A stretch of 64,000 nt of DNA from Clostridia bacterium (lineage in GTDB: Bacteria; Bacillota; Clostridia; Peptostreptococcales; Anaerovoracaceae): contig JAKSSR010000001.1 in NCBI GenBank assembly GCA_024402995.1, positions 19,225 to 83,224 of the forward strand, in the 5' to 3' direction. This document shows positions 26,692-35,692 of the stretch, in pieces. Every line of letters starts with the position of its first letter. Positions within the stretch are counted from its first letter, which is position 1. The position numbers were made by a program, and so were the translations under genes. Below the pieces are notes generated by a model. The model was not told where the DNA came from and did not search any database. It was given only the letters and a program-made list of their open reading frames with translations.

Positions 26692-27211
26692 GATCGAAGC
26701 CATAGTATCCGACATTACCAAATGCCCCCAGGTCAGTGCCATAGTCAACGCTGCCAACAATTCTCTTTTGGGAGGCGGCGGAGTCGACGGCGCCATTCAC
26801 AGAGCCGCCGGACGACGTCTTCTTGAAGAATGCAGAACTCTCCGTGGCTGTGAAACAGGTCAGGCCAAGATCACCAAGGCATATGATCTTCCCAATGATT
26901 ACGTCATTCATACCGTAGGACCTATTTGGAGAGGCGGGATGGCAAAGGAACCCGAACTTCTGGCATCCTGCTACAGAACTTCTCTGACTCTTGCTATGGA
27001 AAATGGCATACGTACTATTGCTTTTCCTTCCGTATCCACAGGGGTATACAGCTATCCTCTTAAGGAAGCTGCCCGGGTGGCTGCAGACGCAGTTCTTCTT
27101 TTCGTAAAAAACAACCCCGATGCCTTTGATTACATCTGCTGGACTCTTACCAACGAGGCAACCAGGCAGATCTATGAAGATGCAATTCTCCGCAGTGAAA
27201 AAACAGTATAG
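26684..27211 (+). CDS. Macro-domain protein (YmdB-like ADP-ribose / O-acetyl-ADP-ribose hydrolase)
   Basis: Start at ATG 26684 (AAGGAGGA SD). [22 protein letters not shown] and [12 protein letters not shown] are canonical macro-domain motifs. Confidence 0.85.
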   Translation: MTKIEAIVSDITKCPQVSAIVNAANNSLLGGGGVDGAIHRAAGRRLLEECRTLRGCETGQAKITKAYDLPNDYVIHTVGPIWRGGMAKEPELLASCYRTSLTLAMENGIRTIAFPSVSTGVYSYPLKEAARVAADAVLLFVKNNPDAFDYICWTLTNEATRQIYEDAILRSEKTV

Positions 27212-27219
27212 AGATAAAT

Positions 27220-27969
27220 ATGTCAACACATTTTGAAGATATAGGATATGTATTTGAAGACGGCCAGGAGCTGGTCGATCTTCTCAATAACAATATGGAA
27301 GAGGCCGCTTACTATGACAGTGCCGACGGTCAGGGAGAGTGTATTCTCCTCCAGCCCGACCGTCAGACCCGCTTCTGGTACTACAAGAGAAAGGATGAGG
27401 ATTTCCTTTGCGGTCTGGATCTCCACTACCAGGGTAATGCGGGATTCTGGATGAGCAGGGCTTCATGGGTCGTCAGCGATGCTGAACCCAAGTTCAAGGA
27501 CGATTCCGGCAATCTGGTCCCGGCCAAGACTCAGTCAAGACCCATGATAGGCAGCAGTCCCGCGGGAACAACTGTCTGCGTCAATATGGTCGAGGCTCCC
27601 CTCATGGGTGATCCTGATTCCTCCTGCAGTCTTCATCTGGCTGTTACGGCCTTTTGTGAGGAGGCAAAAGTTGATGAGGAAGTGTCAGAAGAATCGTTTA
27701 TTCCCATCGGCATATTTACAGCTGAAGGTGAAGCCGCTCAGCCCCGGGCAACAATGACCGCCACAGTAAAAAGTGCCGTTCTTCAGCGCAACGGCAATTC
27801 CGGCAAGTTCTTCTATGAGGCTGCCGTCAGCTGCCTGGGCATGGACTTTACGCTGGTCGGGAATGCGGCGGTCCTTAAGGGGATCCCCAAAGAAGGACGC
27901 ACCGTCACCGGAACATTCTGGCTCAGCGCAACGGTCAGAGAAGTAAAGTATTTATCGGACATAGAATAG
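27220..27969 (+). CDS. Hypothetical protein, no recognisable family
   Basis: 249-aa ORF, 8 nt after the macro gene. No TM segments or motifs that I recognise. Confidence 0.5.
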   Translation: MSTHFEDIGYVFEDGQELVDLLNNNMEEAAYYDSADGQGECILLQPDRQTRFWYYKRKDEDFLCGLDLHYQGNAGFWMSRASWVVSDAEPKFKDDSGNLVPAKTQSRPMIGSSPAGTTVCVNMVEAPLMGDPDSSCSLHLAVTAFCEEAKVDEEVSEESFIPIGIFTAEGEAAQPRATMTATVKSAVLQRNGNSGKFFYEAAVSCLGMDFTLVGNAAVLKGIPKEGRTVTGTFWLSATVREVKYLSDIE

Positions 27970-27990
27970 CTTTGTACAAATAAATGTATA

Positions 27991-28029
27991 CCCCCTGTTG
28001 CATAATAGAATTGCAAAAGGGGGTTTTTT
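27991..28029 (+). terminator. Intrinsic terminator whose 3' arm contains the SD of the next gene
   Basis: CCCCCTGTTGCA-TAATAGAAT-TGCAAAAGGGGG (12-bp stem, 1 mismatch) followed by TTTTTTAT. The next gene's ATG is at 28032. Confidence 0.6.
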
Positions 28030-28031
28030 AT

Positions 28032-28541
28032 ATGAAAGAAATAAAAAGAGTTTACATAGATATGGACGGGGTCCTTGCTGAATACCGCCCTGACGCCACT
28101 GACGAAGATTACGTAAGTGACGGTTACTATCTGGGGCTGGCGCCACGTCCCGCAATGGTGGATGCGGTACGTTTTCTTGTTGAGTCGGGAAGAGCGGACG
28201 TATTCGTTCTGTCCAGCGTGATAGCAGGCATTGAGGAAAACGCCGTGGCGGAGAAAAACGCCTGGCTTGACAACTATCTTCCCCAGATCGACAGGGCTCA
28301 CAGGATATTTCCTCTCTGCGGAACATCCAAGGCTGACGCAGTAGGAGGTATTGGACGCGGCGACGTTCTCTGCGATGATTACAGTCACAACCTGGAACTC
28401 TGGCAGAGAGCAGGGGGAACAGCCATTAAGATCCTTAACGAGTGCAACGGAAGCAGGGGAAGTTTTAGGGGAGGTCCGCGTGTAAAAATTGAAGAAAAGG
28501 AGCAGCTTGCCAGTATAATAATGGATTTGCCTTTACAGTAA
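28032..28541 (+). CDS. 5'(3')-deoxyribonucleotidase (NT5C-type HAD phosphatase)
   Basis: Start at ATG 28032. HAD motif I YIDMDGVLAEY; about 170 aa, consistent with NT5C/YorS-like nucleotidases. Confidence 0.7.
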   Translation: MKEIKRVYIDMDGVLAEYRPDATDEDYVSDGYYLGLAPRPAMVDAVRFLVESGRADVFVLSSVIAGIEENAVAEKNAWLDNYLPQIDRAHRIFPLCGTSKADAVGGIGRGDVLCDDYSHNLELWQRAGGTAIKILNECNGSRGSFRGGPRVKIEEKEQLASIIMDLPLQ

Positions 28542-28598
28542 TGGCAAAAATATGATACCATTGCTTTTGTTCATATTTTTACAGAAAAGAGGTTTTTT

Positions 28599-29912
28599 AT
28601 GAATAAGAAAGCAAACGCAAAAGCTCTGCTGCCCATTCTTGTCTTTCTGATCCTTTATCTCGGTCTCGGTATTCTCTTTGAGTACGGACTGGGGATCGCC
28701 ATGGGCTTCTACAATATTCCCATCGTAGTTATTTTCCTCATTGCTCTGCTGGTGGCCTGCCTGCAGAACAAGGAACTGAAGTTTGATGATAAGCTTGCTC
28801 TTATGGGTAATGGCATGGGCGATAAGGACATCGTCACCATGGTCCTCATCTTTATGGCAGCCGGTATCTTTACCGGCGTAGTCGGAAGAAGCAGCGCCAA
28901 CTCTGTCGCATACTTCATGCTCAGCATTATTCCGCCTAAGTTCGCGGTCGCTGTGCTCTTTATCATCAGCTGCTTCGTATCCGTTGCAATGGGTACTTCA
29001 GTAGGTACTATTACGCTTATCACTCCCATTGCCGCAGCTGTTTCCGCTGCGTCCGGTTTCTCCCTGCCTCTGTGCATAGGTACAGTTATGGGCGGCGCCA
29101 TGTTCGGCGACAATCTTTCATTCATTTCAGACACCACTATTGCAGCCTGCAACGGTCAGGGCTGTCAGATGAAAGATAAGTTCAGGGAAAACTTCGGAAT
29201 TGCTTTCCCTGCAGCTCTGGCAACACTTGTCCTGATTCTGGTCCTGTCTCTTAAGACTTATTCCGGTCAGGCTGTTACCGGTGATTACAATCTTCTCCAG
29301 ATCGTTCCCTATCTTCTGGTTCTGATTCTCGGCATTATCGGCGTCAACGTATTTGTCGTTCTCCTTGTGGGCATAGTTGTAGGCTCAATCATCGTTCTTG
29401 CTACGGGAGCTACTGAAGCCACGGCGCTTCTTGCATCTATGGGTTCAGGCGTTTCCGGCATGTTTGAGACCACTATGGTCGCTCTGCTTGTTGCGGCTAT
29501 TTGCGCTCTCATTAAGGAGTATGGGGGCTTTGAAGCGCTTCTTACCTGGATCCGCAAGGCGTTTAAGGGCAAGAAGGGCGGACAGCTCGGCATGGGTCTT
29601 CTGGTAGGTGCCATGGACATCGCTACCGCAAACAATACTGTTGCCATAGTTATGGCCAACCCCATTGCCAGAGAAATGGCCGAAGAATACGGCATCAGCA
29701 ACAGAAAAGCCGCATCTATTCTTGATACTTTCTCCTGCATTTTCCAGGGGATCATCCCTTACGGCGCACAGATGCTGGTAGCCCTGTCTGCAGCAAATGA
29801 ACTTGGTTATGAAGTTTCCGCTTTTGATATCATTCCCAAGCTCTTCTATCCGTTCATGCTGCTTATCAGTTCGCTTCTGTTTATCTTTGTCATTCCCGAA
29901 AAGAAAAAGTAG
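28599..29912 (+). CDS. Na+/H+ antiporter family transporter (NhaC-like)
   Basis: 437 aa, polytopic. VAMGTSVGTITLITPIA and GGAMFGDNLSFISDTTIAA resemble NhaC-family signatures. AAAGAGG SD. Confidence 0.75.
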   Translation: MNKKANAKALLPILVFLILYLGLGILFEYGLGIAMGFYNIPIVVIFLIALLVACLQNKELKFDDKLALMGNGMGDKDIVTMVLIFMAAGIFTGVVGRSSANSVAYFMLSIIPPKFAVAVLFIISCFVSVAMGTSVGTITLITPIAAAVSAASGFSLPLCIGTVMGGAMFGDNLSFISDTTIAACNGQGCQMKDKFRENFGIAFPAALATLVLILVLSLKTYSGQAVTGDYNLLQIVPYLLVLILGIIGVNVFVVLLVGIVVGSIIVLATGATEATALLASMGSGVSGMFETTMVALLVAAICALIKEYGGFEALLTWIRKAFKGKKGGQLGMGLLVGAMDIATANNTVAIVMANPIAREMAEEYGISNRKAASILDTFSCIFQGIIPYGAQMLVALSAANELGYEVSAFDIIPKLFYPFMLLISSLLFIFVIPEKKK

Positions 29913-29935
29913 AGTATAACGCAGAGGACGAAAAT

Positions 29936-30769
29936 ATGAAAAAGATTTTGATACCGGTAGTAATAGTCGTTGCAGTAGCAGCTCTTGTCGCCGCAGTTGT
30001 GATTGTTACAGGAAATATGAAAGCCAGAAAGCACGATCCTCTGACAGCCTATAGCGATACTTACGGCGGTGATATGAACGGATGCAGCCACGATGTATAC
30101 GTAAAACTTCAGGATGACGGCATGGTTTCAGTCCTTTACTATGACAAGGATTGGTACGGCCAGGATCCCGAAATCAGCGAATACATAGTACCTGCATCGC
30201 TCCTTGCCGAGATCGAAGAGGTCTTTGACAGATGCGGGATGTACGCCTATAACAATCTTCCCGATAACCCTGTCCAGATCCTTGACGGAGGAACTTCTTC
30301 TTACAGATTCTCCTGTGGAGATCTTCAGGTCTATTTTGGTGACAGGAATATTATTCCCACTAAAGGCGGTGAAGGTATCAGAGAAATCAACGGCATAATC
30401 AGACAGGCCGCTGAGGCCGGAGAAAAACTTCCGGGCCTTGTTCACCCTGAATCAAGCGAAGATTATGAATATGGCTGGACTCCGGAAGAGGGAACTGTTG
30501 ATATTCATGTAAACGAATACAGCCGGGGCAATTTGTATTTCTCTTTCGGTAATGCTTCGGGAAACGAGCTTACCGTCGGATCCAGAGCACGAGTTTTCCT
30601 TCTCGACGGCGATGTTCGCCAGGAAGTTTTTGCAGAAGACGAAGATCATGAAATAACAGTTTATTCGGAGTATTTCAACGAATCAAATACCATAGAAGTC
30701 GGACGTCTCCAGCCCGGAATGTATGTGATCACTTTCGGAGACTACGAAGATGAATTCGAAATTCACTGA
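29936..30769 (+). CDS. Membrane-anchored extracytoplasmic protein, unknown function
   Basis: 277 aa with N-terminal anchor ILIPVVIVVAVAALVAAVVIV and an acidic soluble domain. AGAGGA SD. Confidence 0.55.
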   Translation: MKKILIPVVIVVAVAALVAAVVIVTGNMKARKHDPLTAYSDTYGGDMNGCSHDVYVKLQDDGMVSVLYYDKDWYGQDPEISEYIVPASLLAEIEEVFDRCGMYAYNNLPDNPVQILDGGTSSYRFSCGDLQVYFGDRNIIPTKGGEGIREINGIIRQAAEAGEKLPGLVHPESSEDYEYGWTPEEGTVDIHVNEYSRGNLYFSFGNASGNELTVGSRARVFLLDGDVRQEVFAEDEDHEITVYSEYFNESNTIEVGRLQPGMYVITFGDYEDEFEIH

Positions 30770-31442
30770 GTCCATAAGTGTACTTGACCGTTCCGCTCTG
30801 AAGCTCATTGCGGCGGCCAGCATGCTTATCGATCACATAGGGACGGTATTCTTTAACGCAGTCTGGATGCGATGCGTTGGCAGGCTGGCTATGCCCATCT
30901 TCTGTTTCTTTGTGGCTGAGGGCTTTTATTACACAAGCGACAGGCTCAAATACCTGAAGCGCATGGGCCTGTTTGCTCTTATTTCCGAGCTTCCCTTTGA
31001 TCTGGCCTTTTACGGAGAGTTTCCGTATTGGGGACATCAGAACGTCATGTGTACCTTCTTTCTCGCCATCCTTGCCATGTATGCGTTTCAGGAATTGACG
31101 GTGGAATTTGATGGTGACAAAGGAAAATATATAGGCATCGGGGCAGCACTGCTTTGTTCTGCTGCGGCTATATTTCTCAAGACTGATTACAGTTCTTTCG
31201 GTGTGGCATTGGTCTTTATTTTCTTCGTGCTGAAGGACCGGGGACTGATCGTGCAGAACGTTGCCGCTCTCATCTGCCAGCTTATCGTCAGAGGAGAAGG
31301 CATACATGTCTGGGCTATGGCCAGTGCCATTCCACTTATGATGTACAACGGTGAAAAGGGACGTAATCTTAAATGGTTCTTCTATTGCCTATATCCCGGC
31401 CATCTGCTCATATTAGGCATGATCAAATATGCAATAAGGTAA
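30750..31442 (+). CDS. TraX-family membrane protein
   Basis: LKLIAAASMLIDHIGTVFF is the characteristic TraX N-terminal motif. 230 aa, polytopic. Confidence 0.75.
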   Translation: MNSKFTESISVLDRSALKLIAAASMLIDHIGTVFFNAVWMRCVGRLAMPIFCFFVAEGFYYTSDRLKYLKRMGLFALISELPFDLAFYGEFPYWGHQNVMCTFFLAILAMYAFQELTVEFDGDKGKYIGIGAALLCSAAAIFLKTDYSSFGVALVFIFFVLKDRGLIVQNVAALICQLIVRGEGIHVWAMASAIPLMMYNGEKGRNLKWFFYCLYPGHLLILGMIKYAIR

Positions 31443-31447
31443 TTAAC

Positions 31448-31490
31448 AAGAAGACAAATCTTTTCGCGAGGTTTGTCTTCTTTAATTATT
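31448..31490 (+). terminator. Intrinsic terminator after traX-like gene
   Basis: AAGAAGACAAA-(13-nt loop)-TTTGTCTTCTT (11-bp perfect stem) followed by TAATTATTTT. Confidence 0.7.
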
Positions 31491-31620
31491 TTGCTTATGT
31501 GAAATACCCCCACAGGTGAAGAAAGGTACTTCGTTACTGGGTCTGTACTTATGCTGCCGGGGGTATAGAATCGTAAGTGAAAAGGGGCCGGTGCAAAGGT
31601 CCCGGAAAGAAGGATCAGAG

Positions 31621-32106
31621 ATGAATAATAAAACGAAAGCTTTGCTCAACGAGCAGATTGCAAGAGAATTCGAGGCAGGTTATATGTACCTCGATCTGGC
31701 GGCCAAGTGCGATATCAAGGGGCTTAAGGGTGTCGCACACTGGTACCGCCTTCAGGCAGAAGAAGAAAAGGAGCACGCGATGATAATCTACAACTACCTT
31801 CTTGATGAGGGCAAAGATGTTGTTCTGAGCAGTCTCCACATGCCTGTCCATGATGTTACCGAACTTAAAGACATTTTCAAGGAAGCGCTGCAGCACGAAC
31901 TTTACATTACGGAGACTATCAACAATATCTACGATAATGCTTACGACGACTGTGACTACCGTACCATGCATTTCCTGGACTGGTTCGTAAACGAACAGGA
32001 AGAAGAGGAACGTAACGCAAGAGCAAACCTTGAACTGCTGGAACTTGCCGGCAGCTGCGGCTGCGGCATGCTGAGACTGGATGAAACAATGGGGGAGAGA
32101 AAATGA
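31621..32106 (+). CDS. ftn: Ferritin (non-haem, bacterial Ftn type)
   Basis: Start at ATG 31621; the track start 31516 is GTG with no SD. Ferroxidase-site pattern EFEAGYMYLDLA...EEEKEHAM...ALQHE. Confidence 0.85.
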   Translation: MNNKTKALLNEQIAREFEAGYMYLDLAAKCDIKGLKGVAHWYRLQAEEEKEHAMIIYNYLLDEGKDVVLSSLHMPVHDVTELKDIFKEALQHELYITETINNIYDNAYDDCDYRTMHFLDWFVNEQEEEERNARANLELLELAGSCGCGMLRLDETMGERK

Positions 32107-32489
32107 TTGAAAGAGAAAAAGAACTGAGCTTTTACAAGTGCAGCATATGCGGTAAGGTCATAGTAATGATCGATTCCACTCTGGCACCTACCATCTGCTG
32201 CGGCAGAGAAATGCGGAAGCTGGAGCCCCAGAGCATTGAGGCATCAACGGAAAAGCACGTACCGGTCATAGAAGATCACGAGGACTGGATCCACGTCCGT
32301 GTGGGAAGTACCATCCATCCCATGGATGCGAACCATTACATCCAGTGGATAGCGGTCCAGACCACAAGGGGCTTCTGCATCAAGTACCTGGAACCCGGCG
32401 AGAAGCCGGAGGCAATTTTCTGCACAGGGAAAGACCGGGTAATAAACGTGTGGGAATACTGTACCATTCACGGGCTGTGGGAGGCCTAG
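32103..32489 (+). CDS. dfx: Desulfoferrodoxin (2Fe superoxide reductase)
   Basis: N-terminal desulforedoxin Cys motif CSICGKVI...CCG. SOR centre residues EKHVP, HPM, and C..H in CTIHGLWE. ATGA overlap with ferritin. Confidence 0.85.
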   Translation: MIEREKELSFYKCSICGKVIVMIDSTLAPTICCGREMRKLEPQSIEASTEKHVPVIEDHEDWIHVRVGSTIHPMDANHYIQWIAVQTTRGFCIKYLEPGEKPEAIFCTGKDRVINVWEYCTIHGLWEA

Positions 32490-32606
32490 ATGTTCACATA
32501 TATAATTCTCCGAAGATCCTCGGGCTTTTGCCCGGGGATTATTTTTGTGGTATAATGCAAAACTGTGCAGTGTGCACTATTGAATAGAAAAAAGTCAGGA
32601 GCTAAC

Positions 32607-33605
32607 ATGGCATATACCGAAAGCGAAGCACGGAAACTTGTCCTTGAAGCAGGCCTTGAACTGGTACGAAAGGGACTTATAGCAAGGACCTGGGGCAATA
32701 TAAGCGCAAGAATATCCGAAACAGAGTGCATTATTACCCCAAGCGGCAGGACCTATGACTCCCTTAAGCCGGAAGAACTGGTCAAACTGAATATAAACGA
32801 TCTCAGTTACCCGGGTAACATTAAACCCAGCAGCGAGAAGAGCCTTCATGCCAAGGTCTATCAACTGAGACCAGATGTGGATTTTGTGATCCACACTCAC
32901 CAGTACTATGCTTCCATAGTAGGCCTTGAGGGGCGTGGTTATCCCTACGCCGCGGCTACAGAGTACGGAACTCCCGGAACCGCAGAACTGGGAGACAACG
33001 TAGCAAAGGCTGTAGCTCTGAACCCGGAGCAGAAGAACTTTTTCATGACTATGCACGGTTCCCTGAGTCTGGGCACCGATATGGCCGATGCCTTTAAGCA
33101 GGCCGAAATACTGGAAGATGCCTGCCGAAAAAGGGTCGAAGAAAACATGCCCGACGTAAATCTCCGTGCAGTGGAACCCGATGAAGTCTTTATTAAGTCT
33201 GTATGCAGCGAGGCCTGCAAAGCTTATGGCATGCAGAAGAGCATATTTGTCAGCGACCCATACGTGGTTGAAAGAAGCCGCATCAAAAGGGCCCTGGAGC
33301 CCCGTATTGACGACTTTGCCATGATATGCGGAGAAGATGTCAAATGCGTGGAAAAGTCCCTGAAAGAGGCTGTTTCATCCCTTAAGGAACGCAGTGCGGT
33401 CCTCATAGAAAACATGGGAGCCGTGTGCGTGGGAAACTGTGAGGATGATCTTTCCGCAATTGCCATGATACTTGCCAAAAACTGTGCCTGCGATCTGTTC
33501 GCTTCTGTCGTTCCCGGCTGCGGAAAAGTCGGAAAGCAGGAGGCTGAATCACAGCGCAGAGCATACATCGATAGCTATTCCAAACAGAAAACACAAAACG
33601 TTTAG
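32607..33605 (+). CDS. Class II aldolase/adducin-domain protein with C-terminal extension
   Basis: Start at ATG 32607 (CAGGAG SD). GLIARTWGNISARI...IITPSG...SSEKSLHAKVY...VIHTHQ is typical class II aldolase. An extra ~120 aa follows at the C-terminus. Confidence 0.75.
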   Translation: MAYTESEARKLVLEAGLELVRKGLIARTWGNISARISETECIITPSGRTYDSLKPEELVKLNINDLSYPGNIKPSSEKSLHAKVYQLRPDVDFVIHTHQYYASIVGLEGRGYPYAAATEYGTPGTAELGDNVAKAVALNPEQKNFFMTMHGSLSLGTDMADAFKQAEILEDACRKRVEENMPDVNLRAVEPDEVFIKSVCSEACKAYGMQKSIFVSDPYVVERSRIKRALEPRIDDFAMICGEDVKCVEKSLKEAVSSLKERSAVLIENMGAVCVGNCEDDLSAIAMILAKNCACDLFASVVPGCGKVGKQEAESQRRAYIDSYSKQKTQNV

Positions 33606-33661
33606 TACCTGTATAATGGGGACGTCGTAGACGCCTCCGGGACAAAAGGAGGAAAATAAAA

Positions 33662-34603
33662 ATGAAGATCAGCATTCAGACCGGTGATCTGACCACACAG
33701 TACGGCATTGAAAACGGTTACAGGATGATAGCTGAAGCCGGTTTTGAAGCAGTAGACTGGAACCTTGACCACGCATTGTCATTCAGCGAGGTCAAAGCTG
33801 CTGAAAAACTGGAAGGACTGAGCATTTTTGAGAAATCCATGGATGAGATCCTTGCATATTACGACGAGGAACTCTCTGCCATGAAGAAGAATAACCTGTC
33901 AATAACCCAGGCTCACGCGCCTTTCCCCGCAGATCTTCCCGGTCGTCCTGAGGTACTGGATTACAACATTGCCATTTATGACAAGATGATACACTTCTGT
34001 CAGATAGTCGGAATTCCCCGTCTTGTTATCCACGGCATGTCCAAGAGAGAGCAGTATCCCGAGATCAGTGAGGAAGAACTGAAGGTACTCAACGACAAGA
34101 TGTACAGCAATCTCCTTGACGCTCTTCGCGAATGTCCGGACGTTACAGTCTGCATGGAGAACCTCTTTGCTCATTTGTCGCAGCTTGGCTTCGGCTTCTG
34201 GGGCGGCATCTGCAGCGATCCTCACGAAGCAGCTGTTTATATCGACATTATGAATCAGCGCGCCGGCAGGGACAATGCCTTCGGACTGTGTCTTGACACC
34301 GGCCATCTTAACATTGCCAGAATTCCTTTCTGCCGCTATATCCCCGTTCTGGGAAAGCGCATACAGTGCCTGCACATCCACGACAACATGCAGAATGACG
34401 ATGCTCATCTCATGCCCTATACCGGCAATGTCCGCTGGGAGGAATTCGTCGAAGAAATGCGCAAAATAGGTTACGACAAGGACCTCAACTTCGAAACTTT
34501 CATGCAGACCAAAATGTGCCGCATGCCCGCGGAGCTCTGTCCTCAGTTCCTGAAGATCCAGTGGGAAATAGGCAATTATTTCAGAAACATGATCCTTGGT
34601 TAA
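33662..34603 (+). CDS. Sugar phosphate isomerase/epimerase (xylose-isomerase-like TIM barrel)
   Basis: 313 aa. AGFEAVDW, VIHG, CMENL, DTGHLN and LHIHDN form the usual AP-endonuclease-2/TIM-barrel pattern. Confidence 0.7.
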   Translation: MKISIQTGDLTTQYGIENGYRMIAEAGFEAVDWNLDHALSFSEVKAAEKLEGLSIFEKSMDEILAYYDEELSAMKKNNLSITQAHAPFPADLPGRPEVLDYNIAIYDKMIHFCQIVGIPRLVIHGMSKREQYPEISEEELKVLNDKMYSNLLDALRECPDVTVCMENLFAHLSQLGFGFWGGICSDPHEAAVYIDIMNQRAGRDNAFGLCLDTGHLNIARIPFCRYIPVLGKRIQCLHIHDNMQNDDAHLMPYTGNVRWEEFVEEMRKIGYDKDLNFETFMQTKMCRMPAELCPQFLKIQWEIGNYFRNMILG

Positions 34604-34676
34604 GAGAGGTTTCTTAAATATACGAGAGCGCTTACGCAAGATATTTTCATAAGCTAGAGGGAAAAAAGTATGAAAA

Positions 34677-34700
34677 AAGGATGACTGTTTGGTCATCCTT
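34677..34700. terminator. Bidirectional hairpin terminator (tRNA-Arg on minus strand, isomerase gene on plus strand)
   Basis: AAGGATGAC-TGTTTG-GTCATCCTT (9-bp perfect stem). The minus strand is followed by TTTTTTCA and the plus strand by TTCTTA. Confidence 0.7.
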
Positions 34701-34706
34701 TTCTTA

Positions 34707-34783
34707 TGGTGTACCTGACAGGACTCGAACCTGCCGCCTCGGGAATCGGAATCCCGCGCTCTATCCAGATGGGCTACAGGTAC
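34707..34783 (-). tRNA. tRNA-Arg (anticodon CCG), CCA encoded
   Basis: Minus strand reads GTACCTG TA GCCC ATCTGGATA GAGC G CGGGA TTCCGAT TCCCG AGGCG GCAGG TTCGAGT CCTGT CAGGTAC A CCA. It folds as a cloverleaf with a 7-bp acceptor, GTTCGAGT T-loop, CCG anticodon loop and one C.A mismatch in the D stem. Confidence 0.9.
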
Positions 34784-34795
34784 ATAACGGATAAC

Positions 34796-34804
34796 AGTAT
34801 AGCA
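34796..34804 (-). promoter_or_regulatory. Candidate extended -10 (TGcTATACT) for tRNA-Arg
   Basis: Minus strand has TGC-TATACT ending 12 nt upstream of the mature tRNA 5' end. The -35 is poor. Confidence 0.35.
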
Positions 34805-34819
34805 TAAAAGATAAAGAAG

Positions 34820-34828
34820 TGGTATACT
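34820..34828 (+). promoter_or_regulatory. Candidate extended -10 (TGgTATACT) for nadK
   Basis: TGG-TATACT lies 43 nt upstream of the nadK ATG, divergent from the tRNA promoter. The -35 is poor. Confidence 0.35.
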
Positions 34829-34870
34829 AATTGTGTATGAATTACAGGCGCAGAAAAACGGAGCGTATTC

Positions 34871-35680
34871 ATGAAAAAGGTCAGTAAAATCTATATATAC
34901 ACCAAGGGCGACGAACGTTCGGAATATACAGCCTCACTTCTTGTTGCCAAGCTGGAAGGGGCCGGAATTTGCGTGCTTCCCGAATATGATGATGACGCTG
35001 ACATGATCATCTGCGTCGGCGGTGACGGAACCTTCCTGCGCATGCTGGTAAACTGCGGCTACCCCCAGGTCCCGGTGGCGGGAGTGAACACCGGACATCT
35101 TGGGTTCTTCCAGGAATTCATGCCTGAAGACCTTGATGAACTTGTCCGCGTATGTCTTACGGGAGACTGCAGCATTCAGAAGAACAGGCTTCTTGAGGCT
35201 ACAGTATGGGCCGACGGTCCCGTGCCTCAGAATTATTATGCTCTCAACGATTTCGTGATTCGCAGCAGCAAAGGGTCAACGGTCCATCTGAATCTGACCA
35301 TAGGCAGCAGCTTTATCGAGAGATTTTCCGGAGACGGTATACTTATCAGTACCCCTGCGGGCAGTACTGCTTACAACTATTCTCTGGGCGGCAGCATTGT
35401 GGACCCCAGAGTCAATATGATACAGCTGACTCCCATGGCGCCTATGAATTCCAGGGCTTTCAGAAGCTTTACCTCCAGTGTGCTTCTTCCTCCCGATATG
35501 GAGGTCAATCTTTTCCCTGACGACGATTACAGAAGCAATATTCTTCTCATGATAGACGGTGTTGAGTACCGTTTTGAACAGCTGGAAAACGTTGTTGTAC
35601 GTTATTCGCCCACTGAGATCAGTCTGGTAAGGCTGGCTAATTACGATTTCTGGGGAAAGGTAAAGAGCAAGTTCCTGTAA
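34871..35680 (+). CDS. nadK: NAD+ kinase
   Basis: GGDGTFLR motif, NDFVI and STPAGSTAYNYSLGG; 269 aa. Confidence 0.9.
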   Translation: MKKVSKIYIYTKGDERSEYTASLLVAKLEGAGICVLPEYDDDADMIICVGGDGTFLRMLVNCGYPQVPVAGVNTGHLGFFQEFMPEDLDELVRVCLTGDCSIQKNRLLEATVWADGPVPQNYYALNDFVIRSSKGSTVHLNLTIGSSFIERFSGDGILISTPAGSTAYNYSLGGSIVDPRVNMIQLTPMAPMNSRAFRSFTSSVLLPPDMEVNLFPDDDYRSNILLMIDGVEYRFEQLENVVVRYSPTEISLVRLANYDFWGKVKSKFL

Positions 35681-35692
35681 ACTTCGGCATAA

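Noticed and set aside
30750-31442. TraX-family gene considered as a marker of a conjugative element.
   Set aside because: There are no relaxase, coupling protein, T4SS, integrase or repeat boundaries nearby. TraX-like acyltransferase-type membrane proteins are common as stand-alone chromosomal genes.
31504-31566. 8-bp inverted repeat ATACCCCC...GGGGGTAT flanking direct GTACTT repeats upstream of ferritin/dfx, considered as a PerR/Fur-type operator or riboswitch.
   Set aside because: It bears no resemblance to the Fur/PerR box consensus that I know. The arms are 47 nt apart, and I could not place a convincing promoter relative to it. The evidence is too weak to report as regulatory.
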